Shown piece after piece: positions 24,542-35,465 of a stretch of 64,000 nt of DNA. Each line of letters begins with the position of its first letter. The stretch's first letter is position 1. The notes beneath the pieces are model-generated. The model did not search any database. It was given only the letters and a program-made list of their open reading frames with translations, and was not told where the DNA came from. Source of the stretch: Lophium mytilinum (lineage: Eukaryota). The DNA lies in the NCBI GenBank assembly GCA_010093605.1, contig MU004199.1, positions 1 through 64,000 of the forward strand, in the 5' to 3' direction. The translations under genes and the position numbers were made by a program.

Positions 24542-25564
24542 ATGATCTCCAATACTGACATCCCCAGTGTCTTCATTGCCTTCGCAGCAGTCGCAATTTG
24601 GTCCAGCGTCCCCTTAACCATCCGCCTCCTCACCACTCTCAAGAAGCGCAGCGGCCTCTACTTCTACTCCATCCTCATCACCACCTGGGGCCTCTCCATC
24701 CGCCAACTCGGCTACGTCCTCCAGTTCCTCGTCCCTTCCACCCCCTGGCCGCTCGGAGACCTCATGGCCCAGCTCGGCTGGGTCGCCATGGTCACCGGCT
24801 TCTCCACCGTCCTTTACTCCCGCCTCAACATCATCCTCGAAAGTCGATCCGTCCGCCGCGCCGTGCTCTACACCATCATGTTCAACGGCGTCGTGCTACA
24901 CGTGCTCATGATTACCATGTCATTGGGCATCGCGGGATCACGCTACGCCGCGAAGCACGGGAGCCATCATGCCGCAACGCTGCTTCCTAGGTGGCAGTCA
25001 CCATACTCTTACATGGAGAAAGTCCAGATTGTCATTTTCTCGCTGCAGGAGATCGCAATTTCGTTCTTTTACGTCCGTGCCGCGCACCAGTATCTCCAGT
25101 CCCGTTTTGCGCAGCGCGGCAAGACGCGACAAGCTATGTTCCTGCTACTGTTTGTACAGATCATCATCATCTCCGTTGATATTGCGCTCATTGCGATCGA
25201 CTTCGCCGGGTATCTGCAGCTGAAGCTGTTCATCCACTCGTTTGTGTACTCGGTGAAGTTGGAGCTAGAGTTCGTGGTGCTGAATCAGCTGGTCGAGCTC
25301 TCGCGGCTTGGCGTCCCGGGCATTCCGTCGTTCTCGAATGCGTTGAGGGCAGACGGGTCGGAAGAGGGGAGGGAAGTGAAGTTGCCAAGTTTTGTGACGC
25401 AGGCGGTGCCAGCGTGGACGCCGCCCGACACACCTGAGCCGGACTCGTTGAAGTCAAAGAGTAGTGAGACGATTGAGGTTTGTGAGCGGCATGGAGATAG
25501 AGAGGAATGCCATGGGTGCCAAGGATCGACGATGGGAATGATAGGTGTGATTCCAAGCGTATAG
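24542..25564 (+). CDS. Fungal multi-pass (about 7 TM) integral membrane protein
   Basis: Motifs KKRSGLYFYSIL, GWVAMVTGFSTVLYSRL, QEIAISFFY and YSVKLELEFVVLNQL, with about seven hydrophobic segments. Confidence 0.85.
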   Translation: MISNTDIPSVFIAFAAVAIWSSVPLTIRLLTTLKKRSGLYFYSILITTWGLSIRQLGYVLQFLVPSTPWPLGDLMAQLGWVAMVTGFSTVLYSRLNIILESRSVRRAVLYTIMFNGVVLHVLMITMSLGIAGSRYAAKHGSHHAATLLPRWQSPYSYMEKVQIVIFSLQEIAISFFYVRAAHQYLQSRFAQRGKTRQAMFLLLFVQIIIISVDIALIAIDFAGYLQLKLFIHSFVYSVKLELEFVVLNQLVELSRLGVPGIPSFSNALRADGSEEGREVKLPSFVTQAVPAWTPPDTPEPDSLKSKSSETIEVCERHGDREECHGCQGSTMGMIGVIPSV

Positions 25565-25835
25565 GAGTCCTGAATTCTGAATGCTGGCAGTGGTGTTGAG
25601 AAGCGACACGAATTCTACGAATATTTGATCCGTGATGAGGACAGAAGGGCTAAGGCGTAATAGCTGTTCGTAGAGAAATTCAGAGTAGTAATGTTCAACT
25701 CAAACCACTCAAATAAAACGTACTGCTAGTAGCATCGTGGCACCTTCAAGATCACGCGGGTCTAGGCGTACATTTCCGTCCCTTAGCAAGCCTTGTTTTA
25801 GACCCATCAGGTAGACCACACTCACGACACGACTG

Positions 25836-28800
25836 TTAGGTCACGTCAAACAGCCTGACGTATTGACTCACTTTAGCGGTGGTTGCGACCTTCGCGCTGT
25901 TAGGAGAAAATGTGATTGTGTTGACACTTAACGGCCGTCCGCCCGAAATAAGGTCAGGGAAGTTATGGCCCTCGTACTGGACCATCCGAAGCTGATTTGT
26001 CTTGGTGTCCCAAATTTGTAACGCCGAATTACACGTGACGAGTATGGTACCATCAGGAGAAAACGCAGATGCTGTGTAAGGGTCATGACTGGGAGCTCCA
26101 CCCAGGTGGCTTAAGCGCTTCCCAGAGTCGATGTCAAGTCTCACAATGCCTGTCCATCCCAACACTGCGACTTGCCTCCCATCCGGAGAAAACGATACAG
26201 AGTTGGGAACACCACTGCTCTTTATAGTAACATTCGTCGTTTCTTGTCCAGTCAGAGTGTCAAAAAGACGCAGAACTGATCCACCTACCCCCGGAGAGCC
26301 ATACAATCCCAGGCTAGCGAATGTTCGTCCAAGTGGAGAGTACGCAACACTAGGATGATCTCTTCCACACAGTCCGCGGGGTGAAAGTTGGTACAACAAT
26401 CCTCCAGTCTCCGACGACCACAATCGAATCACACCATCGTCTGAGCCTGACACAAACCTCTCGCTATTCGGGGAGAACGCGAAGGATGTGAAGCAATGTT
26501 TTGGCTGTGGGCGAAGCCAGAATTTGGGCGATCCTGATTTGGCGTGGTGCAGGCTGCACTGAGTTCCACTGGCCAAGATGTAGTTCTGACTGTCCGGGGA
26601 GAACACAGGTGTAGTTACGCCGTACTCTTCGGCGTCCAGCCTGGTCATACTGTACAAGGGGACGCGTGTTTTACCCTCCTGCATAAATGCACGATTGTCA
26701 TCAACCGACAGGACCCAGACTCCATCCGGCGACACGGCGGCACTCCTGGAGTGAGGTGGGTCGACAAAATCCCATATACGGGATATGAGACGATTCTGAA
26801 CGGGAAGGTAAAGCTTCCCTGCTTGGCGACTCCACAGCAAGCCTACAGTTCCCACCCCTGGGTCATATCCGGACTCATACTTAGTCTTGATTTGGCCCCC
26901 CTTCGATGTATATAACCATGGTGTTAAGGGCGTGAAAATCTCTAGCGCTGCGTCTGGCCGAGAAAAGGGAATCCGAGCTATCTGTGCGCTATGCTGTCCT
27001 CCCTCCCCTCCATTGCCCAAAGTCTTCGAGTAAGTGTTGGGTGCCAGGAACGGGGCACCGTCTGCAAACGCATCAACTCGATCTACAGCAGCTACGCCTG
27101 CGGAGACTGCTGGCTCGCTCGTATATTCTCCACTAGTGATGGAGCCGGTGTTGGGTAGCCCTGCAGGGGTATAAGACTCTGCAGGTCGTTCGTAATGTGC
27201 TGTAGCGATTGGTTTTGGAACTTCATGTGAAGCATTCCGGTTTAGACCATGATTCCGAGTTGCAGCTGCAAATCCTGATCTCAAAGCGTCGATCGAGTTG
27301 GGTTGTGTGGGGAGAGGATGTCGCAGTACAGAAGATTGATCTGTGAAGATCGTTCCGACTATAGCAGGTTGGTTTTCATATGTCGGTAGGGAGAGTTCTT
27401 CCTTATCATGATTAGTATGAGTCTGGAGGTTTCCCGAAGACGACCTGGGTGGGAGAACCGGGAGCCCGTCATATAGACTCGGTGGGTCTTGAGGGTCGGA
27501 GATTCTGGTCTTCGTAGAGTGTGAGGAAACAGACCCTAAGTTAATATACTCAGCCGACATTGTGTCTGAAGTATGGACAGCACGCGCATAATCTACGGAT
27601 CATGTCAAGAAAACATTTCCTTCAGCTTTGCAAAGAATGACATACGATTCCTTTCCTTCTGATTGGTGGTCGACTCGCTGACTAACTTCTCGGAAATTTC
27701 GCTCCTCTTAGCTGCTTCAAACGGGTCACTATTGAAGGCGCCATTCCATCCGAAGGTCTCAGGCTGTTCCTCAGGTGGTTTGGTTCCTCTCTTGGCCGCA
27801 GTGGGTAGGGTGATCTTCATGTCTTGTGACGCTTTCTGAGTGGACTCCAGTGTGGTCCATGCCGCAGAAGCTTCGAACAAACTCGCAGAGGTGTCTTCCG
27901 AGAGATCATCCGTCTCCACATCGTCGCTGAATTTTGTCAAGAAAACGCACTCGGCGCAAACTGCCTAGAGAAGGGCATGCTTACATAGCAAGTCCAGAAA
28001 ACAAAAACGAAGGCGGTCTGGAACCATCCCTCGACGCTCTTTGCGACACAATCCAATCATGCTCCTGTCCAGAATCACCTGTCGCTCTCTTCCCGGGGTC
28101 CACAATTAGTAGCTCGCAAACGAACGAGACTCCGGCCTCGCTAATGCCGCAATCCAGGAGTGGTTTGGTAGGAAACGGCGTCTCTCCCCGAGCATAGGAT
28201 ATCAAGTCTCTCAAGGTAGGGAATGATACTGCATTGGTTAGTAGTCTGAACACCGTCTCGCCGAGAGCCCACATGTCGGAAGCTCCAAGAATATGACGGC
28301 CTCGATCACTGCTTAATCCAACGAGTCCGTGCAACTCTGGTGCTAGGAATCCCAACGTCCCTTGAATAGCTGTTGTAGCAGAAAATTCGGTATCAGCTCG
28401 TCGACTAATGCCGAAATCTCCAATTTTCACCCACCAAGGCTGAGGAGGTTTTGATTTGATCAAAATGTTCTTTGGCTTCAAGTCTCGATGCATGTAACCA
28501 TTTTGATGCATGAAAGAGAGACCTTCAAGCAGCTGTGAAGTAACTTGCTGCCCTTCTGGCTCGAAAAGCTGGGAGGACTCTGAAAGATGATCCTGCAAGT
28601 CACCAAGCGGTAGATACTCCATCGCTATGAGGAGCGCGTTCTCCCATTCATACCAGCCGAAGGACTGAACGAAGCATCGGTTGTACTACGATTCAGTCAG
28701 TACGGTGTCCAGCGCCAGCCTTGTTCGGAAATCCAACACTGCATACATTTTGATGTGATAACTTCGCAAAACTTTCCAGCTCTCTGTCATAGTCGAGCAC

Positions 28801-29085
28801 GTTCTTTGATCCTGAAGCTTGTTGCGGCGATCGCATGATCTGCTTGACAGCTCGCGTTTCATCGACTCTGCTGCCCTTGACGCATCTCTCCAGCCACACA
28901 CTTCCATACGCTCCGCGGGCAACGAAGCGCTCCCGCTTCCATACCTCTTTCCTCTCGATGAGGCGCTCCTGAAGGTGGTGTCCAGACTCTTCGAACACGT
29001 GTGCTGTTAGAGTGGGCACCTCGCCTTGCCGTGCGTCTGGCGGAAAGATGGTCCTGAGCCGAGAGTCGCGCACAAGGTCCGACAT
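25836..29085 (-). CDS. Ser/Thr protein kinase fused to C-terminal WD40 repeats (4 exons)
   Basis: Kinase motifs RGAYGSV, AVK, MEYLPLGDL, HRDLKPKN, DFG, GTLGFLAPE and DMWALG. Introns 28686-28746, 27927-27984 and 27593-27645 join four track ORFs in frame. WD40 motifs FSPDS, FAFSPNSERFVSGSDDGVIRLW, FSPDG and LQIWD. Confidence 0.82.
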
Positions 29086-29940
29086 TTGGAATAGATACAA
29101 AAGCAGAAAAGAGTTGACTCTAGGGTGCTGCTCCGGGCATCTGAAAGATCCTCACTCAAGTTGAGGAAATGGCATGATAGGTACGGAAGAAGGTGCTGTA
29201 ACCGCCAGGCGGTCTTGATCAGGCTGAGAGTCAGCTTCCGGGGGCTGATACTGCGGGGAATGGGATTGGCTACATCTTGGCTGCGTGCTTTGGAGGCGTT
29301 TCTGCCTCCTAGATCAGGCTTTAGATGCATAGCAGCAGTGAATGATGTACGAAGATGAATGAGAGAGACCGCCATGGAGGGAGAGGCAATTGATGGCAGA
29401 GGTTTGGAGTCGGTTGGAGGATGGTCGGGTACACAGAGTCACTATAGCACTAAGTGGGGGCGATTATCCTACCTAGAAGTAGGGGTTCAAGCTTCACAGT
29501 TTTATATTATTCGCCATGGGTGTCCATTATACTACATAATGAAATCAAAGAGAAGTGTATGAGGAAACAAACGCGGTATATGAGGGCTGCATCGCTCACC
29601 AAAATGCTTGCATTCGAGAGACGCTATGCGGGCACGTGTCAGTCACACAAATGCCGCCGCAATCCAGTCCAAAGCATATTTATACCGCAATAGTCGAATA
29701 CCCTTTAGAGAACTCGACTCCCTAAAGACCACAGAAACAATCATCCCGTGGTATCTGCCCGCCCTGTACTCCACCTCTGTATTGCTCAGCCCCCTTCGAT
29801 CCAGAAGCTTCTACCACTACACACGCCTTCCACTCGCGCCCCACCACCTCAGCTCAGCTCCGCAACAGCTCCGCAGGTCTGTGCCACTGTGCCTGACCAC
29901 GACCACGACCTCCCTTCGAATACGCCAGCAAGTCGACACC

Positions 29941-31002
29941 ATGGCGGGCAACGACTATGCAGCCGAGCAGCTGAAGGAGAAGGGTAATGCGCACTTTAAG
30001 AAGCAGGAATGGGCCGAAGCCGAAGCTTGCTACTCGCAGGCTGTCACCAAGAACAGCAAGAATCCGCTGCTATACACCAACCGCGCGAATGCTCGTATGA
30101 AGCTGGAGCGATGGCAGGACGTCATTGACGATTGCTTGAGGAGCATCGAATTGCTGCAGGAGAATATGAAGGCCTACTTTTATCTAGGTATGCTGCTTGG
30201 TGCCTTATTCTGCAGACCGCCCCGGATGTTCATGTCTCCCACGGCTCTCTATTTCTTGCGACTTGGATGCTGGTTTAAATTGAGCTATGTGCTAATTCGA
30301 TCTTCACATCTAGCACAAGCCCAACTAGCCATTCACCACCCCAACGAAGCCTTCACATCCGCCCTCCGCGCTTACGAGCTCTGTGTCACCTCGGAGAAGC
30401 AAACCTCGAATGCCTTCCTGATCTCCACCCTCGTTCTCAAGTGCAAGAAGCTGAAGTGGGAGAACCGCGAGAAGGACCGGATCGCGCGGCGCGGCGACCT
30501 CATCGCTGAGGTAGAAGGCAAACTGGAGGCTGACCGCAAGTTCCACCTTTCGGAGATAGATGGGTATGTCTCGGATGCTACCATGGGAAAGATCGAAGCC
30601 GAGGAAGAGCGCGAACGCATCAACGAGACATACGGCAAGAAAATCGACGATCTGCGCACCGCATTCGCCATCTCAGACCCAGAGCATATGGTCAAGAGGG
30701 AGGTGCCAGACTACCTGGTGGACCCCATTACTTTCGAGCTCATGCACGACCGTGAGTATTTCCCTGCCACGTCGCTTGATGCTCAAGCTGGGAGACATCT
30801 ATTGACATTTGTCCCAGCCGTGGTCACAAAAAACGGATCATCCTACGAACGCGCAACAATTATTGAGCATCTCAAGCGCAGCGAAACAGACCCACTTACG
30901 CGTGAAATACTCCGAGTCCAAGACCTGCGACCGAACCTGGCGCTTAAGCAGGCCTGTTCCGAATTCATAGAGACAAATTCGGGCTGGATATACGACTGGT
31001 AG
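29941..31002 (+). CDS. STUB1: CHIP/STUB1-like TPR plus U-box E3 ubiquitin ligase
   Basis: TPR motifs AEQLKEKGN and YTNRA. U-box VPDYLVDPITFELMHDPVVT..G.SYER..I.EHL...TDPLTR..L...DLRPNLALK. Introns 30188-30313 and 30752-30817. Confidence 0.92.
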   Translation: MAGNDYAAEQLKEKGNAHFKKQEWAEAEACYSQAVTKNSKNPLLYTNRANARMKLERWQDVIDDCLRSIELLQENMKAYFYLGMLLGALFCRPPRMFMSPTALYFLRLGCWFKLSYVLIRSSHLAQAQLAIHHPNEAFTSALRAYELCVTSEKQTSNAFLISTLVLKCKKLKWENREKDRIARRGDLIAEVEGKLEADRKFHLSEIDGYVSDATMGKIEAEEERERINETYGKKIDDLRTAFAISDPEHMVKREVPDYLVDPITFELMHDREYFPATSLDAQAGRHLLTFVPAVVTKNGSSYERATIIEHLKRSETDPLTREILRVQDLRPNLALKQACSEFIETNSGWIYDW

Positions 31003-31966
31003 GTATGTACTTTGAACGCAGTCGTTCGCTGCATGTCCGATACGTAGGACGAGTAGGGCTAACACTTCCCAGTACCGAAGGCGAAGAATCTCCAGACACA
31101 CGTTGGGCGCATTTATCTTCGGCATAATTTCCACTTCGAAAAATCTGCTGTTGGGAGTTTTGTGTACAAGAGCATCAAAAGGCGTTGGCTGGGTCCTTTC
31201 GTTTTATGATGCATAGCGAGCGGCTGATACCCTCGAACCGCAAAGGTTCACTTCAACCAATTTGATTCTTTATCAGTGTTAGACAATCGTGGACCTGTGT
31301 GGGTACTGGTTGAGCTGCCCTTGGGTTAAGTTGCCCCTGCAGGCTTCCAGAACGCCGAATACGATGTAAAGGTCCACACAGTGGGAATGGCCTACCTCTT
31401 GACTAACCGGCTATTTGCTGGTCAGGGCACCCCTAACAGTAATGTCGAGCAAGGAAAAGCATTGAGCCAGCAGTGGGATTCACCTGTGTGACCAGATCTT
31501 ACTATTTTGCTGGATCCTTACGAAGACTTGATTACCACACCCTGAGGTACCTTCGTAGGCTTCAAAACCTCGAGCACCATGTCAGAATGAACGGAGTAGC
31601 AATCGGACTGCCTCTTGACTGGCAGACCACCGATGGCTGGGCGACTTCCCATAGTGGTATTGCGCGAGCAAAATAGAACCTCGAGTAATGGCATGTTCTT
31701 ATGGGTGCTCATAATCATGACCTGGTACTGTAGTTTAGAGGTATAAGGAGTCTCCCATCATGAGTCTATGCATACCGTCGTGCCACCGTCGAGTATGCTT
31801 CGATGCCCTTTAGAAAAAGTCTCCAAGAACATGCACCCGGGCACGCAGGATTCTCATAAACATCTTCAGAACGCAATATGTTGAATGCATTACCCATTGT
31901 AGCCCTTGCGGGTATCCGCTCTACCTTTGTACAGCCAAAATCACACCAGACCAACGCTCGCAGTAA

Positions 31967-33001
31967 TCATACAGACATTTTCATAGCAATCATCTTATGC
32001 GGATCATACCCCTTCACAACGAAATCCTCTGTCTTCCACCCATCAATGCTCCCGCCCTTCTCCCTCTGAATATGCAGCTCCGGAAAATCTCTTGGCTCCC
32101 GCTCAAGCTGGATCTTCAACGCATCCACATGATCCAAATACACATGCGCGTCGCCCATCGTATGCGTGAAAGTTCCAGGCGTCAAATCGCACACATGCGC
32201 AATCATATGCGTAAGCAGCGCATACGACGCAATATTGAATGGCACGCCCAGCCCCATATCGCAAGACCGCTGATACAGCAAACAGTGCAACATCCCCCTT
32301 GGCTTCTCTCCCTCAGACCCATTAGCCTGGCTCCGGGGATACGAGACATAGAACTGCGCGAACATGTGGCAGGGCGGCAGCGCCATCTTCTTCAGATCGG
32401 CTGGATTCCAGGCGCTGAGGATGATGCGCCGGTCGTAGGGTTTGTTCTTGAGCTTGTCGATGACTTCTGCGAGCTGGTCGACGCCTTGGCCGGTGTAGTC
32501 GGTGTTCGCGTCCTTGTATTCGGCGCCAAAGTGCCGCCATTGGAAGCCGTAGACGGGTCCGAGGTCGCCTTCCTCGCGGTGCGATAGTCCAACGCTGTCT
32601 AAGAATTCTCGACTGCCATTGCCGTCCCATATCTTCACGCCTTGGTCGGAGAGAGGTTTCGAGGAGGTAGAGCCGGCGACGAACCAGAGGAGTTCGGCGA
32701 GAACGGCGCGGAGGAAGACGCGTTTGGTTGTGAGGAGGGGGAGGATAGGTATTGCTGGCTGTGATGGGTCTTCCGAGGGTTTGGAGAGGGAGAATCGCAT
32801 CTGAGGGGGCGCGAAGATTGAGTATGTGCCTGTTCCTGTCCGGTCTGGGCGATGCTCCCCGTTGGCGAGGATATCGCGGATGAGGTCGAGATATTGGTGT
32901 TCTTCGTGTTTGGCCATGTTGGAGGATTTTGTGGGTTCTTCGGTAAGCGCAACGGGTTTCTTTGTGGGGACGGGAGGTATTTCAACTGCTGCTGGAGCCA
33001 T
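31967..33001 (-). CDS. CDC21: Thymidylate synthase
   Basis: Motifs [62 protein letters not shown] and GDAHVY. Intronless. Confidence 0.98.
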   Translation of the reverse strand: MAPAAVEIPPVPTKKPVALTEEPTKSSNMAKHEEHQYLDLIRDILANGEHRPDRTGTGTYSIFAPPQMRFSLSKPSEDPSQPAIPILPLLTTKRVFLRAVLAELLWFVAGSTSSKPLSDQGVKIWDGNGSREFLDSVGLSHREEGDLGPVYGFQWRHFGAEYKDANTDYTGQGVDQLAEVIDKLKNKPYDRRIILSAWNPADLKKMALPPCHMFAQFYVSYPRSQANGSEGEKPRGMLHCLLYQRSCDMGLGVPFNIASYALLTHMIAHVCDLTPGTFTHTMGDAHVYLDHVDALKIQLEREPRDFPELHIQREKGGSIDGWKTEDFVVKGYDPHKMIAMKMSV

Positions 33002-33174
33002 TCTGTGGTTGTGAACGCGTGAGGTGGAAGGGAAGTAGTTAAAGTGGTGAATTGACGCGACGACATAGCGCGCAGCTCCAGCCAGCCCTAGACTAGGGTC
33101 GACCGCGGAGGCCCAACGCACATCCCCACAACACCATCTTCATCCCTTAACAAAACATTGCAACCTATCAAAAC
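33002..33174. promoter_or_regulatory. Compact bidirectional promoter with MCB-like (ACGCG) elements
   Basis: 173 bp between divergent ATGs, with ACGCGT at 33015-33020 and ACGCGA at 33055-33060. Confidence 0.5.
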
Positions 33175-34889
33175 ATGTCGGACGAAGCCGCCGCCCACCA
33201 CCTACTCACGGTGTTAGAGGAGCGGGATCTTGCCGTCAGCCTAGATGATGTGCTTCTTGCTTTCGAGTCCGATGGGACTAGAAACGAAGCTGCGTCTTGG
33301 GTGCACGAATATCTTGATCAAAATACACTACTGAGCCAAGATGAATTAGACTTGTACGTTGAAATGATTATCTCCTAGATCAATCTCTCATGCACTTTGC
33401 AGATACCGTCAATTGTCTTCCAATGGTCGTCTTCAAAAACTCGACACGGAGAACTCTAAGATGTTCCCGCATCGAGATGAAGACCTAGCCGCGGCCGTCG
33501 CTTCCTTGCAGACATCTACCGCTGCGATTGAAGACCATATCAAAGTTCTCGAGTCTCAAAAAAATGCTTTGCATGATTTGCAAGCTCTCAACAAGCCCAA
33601 TTTAACCGTGGAGCACATGCGAAACGACCGCCGTCGTCATGAGCATCAAGAGAAAGCACGTTTGGAAATCGCGGTATGTAAACTAAGCATTAAAGAAATC
33701 AGCACATTCAAGTTCTCATCTCTTTGTAGATCGAGGAGCTCTCCAGCTCTATATCCTCGCATTTAAGTACCGCGACCCACGACACCAAAGCGGAACACGC
33801 CTCACTCATCTCCTACACGACCGAACGTCTCGCCTCAGATGACAGGATGCTAACCGCTCTACCCAAAATCGCCTCTAACATTGCTGCTAAAGCCCCGGCA
33901 ACGAGCGATGCCAAGGCCATTGATCACTGGTGTGAAGCCATTGTCTCATTCCGCGCCGCGGAAGTCAAAGCGCGAATCGACGAAACTTACTTACTTAATG
34001 CAACCAACTGCCCCGAATCTGAGCTCCCCGATGAGACCGAAGAGGAGCTGCAAGCCGAGAAAGAAGGGCTACAGGAAGAACTCGAAACGCTGTATACAGA
34101 GATCGCTCCTCTAGCTGAAATGGTCGTGGAGCATGACCTACGTAAGCCAATAGTTTCAACCAGGGAATTGGCGGAGGAGCAGAGGCGGCAGGCGCAGAAA
34201 GCGTGGTTGGCATATGTGTGTCCATCTCCTGTGCTCAATCATGTAGTTAATACTGATACCTGTAGGTTCTCTCTACGTTGCAGTTCATGAGCACCCGCCT
34301 TGAAACTATCAGCTCGCATGCGCTCGATCTCTCCGGTTTCCTAGAAGCTATCGAAAGCATAAACGTTGTGTTCTCTCAGATCGCGCCGCCAACCGTCGAG
34401 GCGCACGCGAAATCCCTAAAGCGGCAAAGTGTAGCTCTCAAGTCTCTGCTCTCACCACCTGTCAAGTTACGATCTGGAGAGCCCCTTCAGCTCTCTCCGG
34501 TGCTCCGCGATATTCTTCGTCATGCCAACATTACCACCAACCGCAGCGAAACCGTCGAAGATATCATCGGCGCCGTGGAAACTGCAGACGCAGAGCGAAT
34601 CGAAAAACTGAATCGTAATTACTTCACCGCGGGCTTGTCCATGTCTAGACATCTAGGCGAGGTGTTGGAGAAGGCGGACTCGGAAGCACAAGCGCTACGG
34701 GATGCGGTGTATGAGAACACGCAGTATAAGAGCGTCAGTTTCACGAATCAAGCGCTAGATGAACGGTTGAAAGAGCTTGGCGCAAAGCTAGAGAAGGTGG
34801 AAGCGGGTATCATTACCGCCGAGAACGAAGAGCTCTCCATGGGAGAATCGAAGGTGGCTACGTTTGTGGCGAAGTGGTCCCATGCGTAA
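33175..34889 (+). CDS. Coiled-coil protein, putative augmin subunit HAUS3-like
   Basis: Four exons (introns 33354-33402, ~33674-33729, ~34216-34266). The N-terminal DDVLLAFE...W...LDQNTLLSQDELDLYRQLSSNG resembles the HAUS3 N-terminal pattern (FE...W...N.LS..EL..F..L...G) recalled from memory. Confidence 0.6.
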
Positions 34890-35465
34890 GCAAAAGGCGT
34901 ATTCAAGGCACATAAAGTTTCAGGTGGTATAGAACCATAAAATACAGACCGATACTAGAACCTCTCGTGAGCTTACTGGGGTGTTGGCGCCCTCAAAGCA
35001 TCATTGGGTCGCATGTTCGATTGTCACCTTGCTGTGCCGCACACATCTCTAGAACCTGTAAGGCCCGTCTGAGCGAGACACAGCCGCGCGCGTCCTCCGT
35101 CTTGGTGGACACATTTTCTATTGATTCCAAGGGCCTGAACACTTCAAAGCTGGTATCCTGCTTTGCTTGCAAATCATTTTCCGTGGCACTTTTCCTTTCT
35201 TTTGCGTGCATTGCAGGCCTGTCTTGCAAGGTTTCCTAGCCGCCCAGGATGAAGCGAAAGGCAACGACATGAGACAACCCGGCGGCTACCTGCAGCCTTC
35301 TCGTGTAGCAGGGCGCAATATACAGCCTCCGCCTTCTCTGAGGCGGTGCTCACGGATATCGAGCTGCTTTACTCCCTCTACTCCCAGCGGCCCGACTCTC
35401 CCTAAGCTTTGTTGGTTTTGACCGAGTTATGCTTTTATCGTACATTTTGCTAGGAGAATATCGTT

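Noticed and set aside
29608..29940. 111-aa N-terminal extension of the CHIP ORF
   Set aside because: It starts at a non-ATG codon and is low-complexity. The TPR domain begins right after ATG 29941.
31997..32587. 196-aa antisense ORF over thymidylate synthase, and similar ORFs opposite the PSD, HNT2 and MFS genes
   Set aside because: These are shadow ORFs expected from GC-rich third codon positions and carry no motifs of their own.
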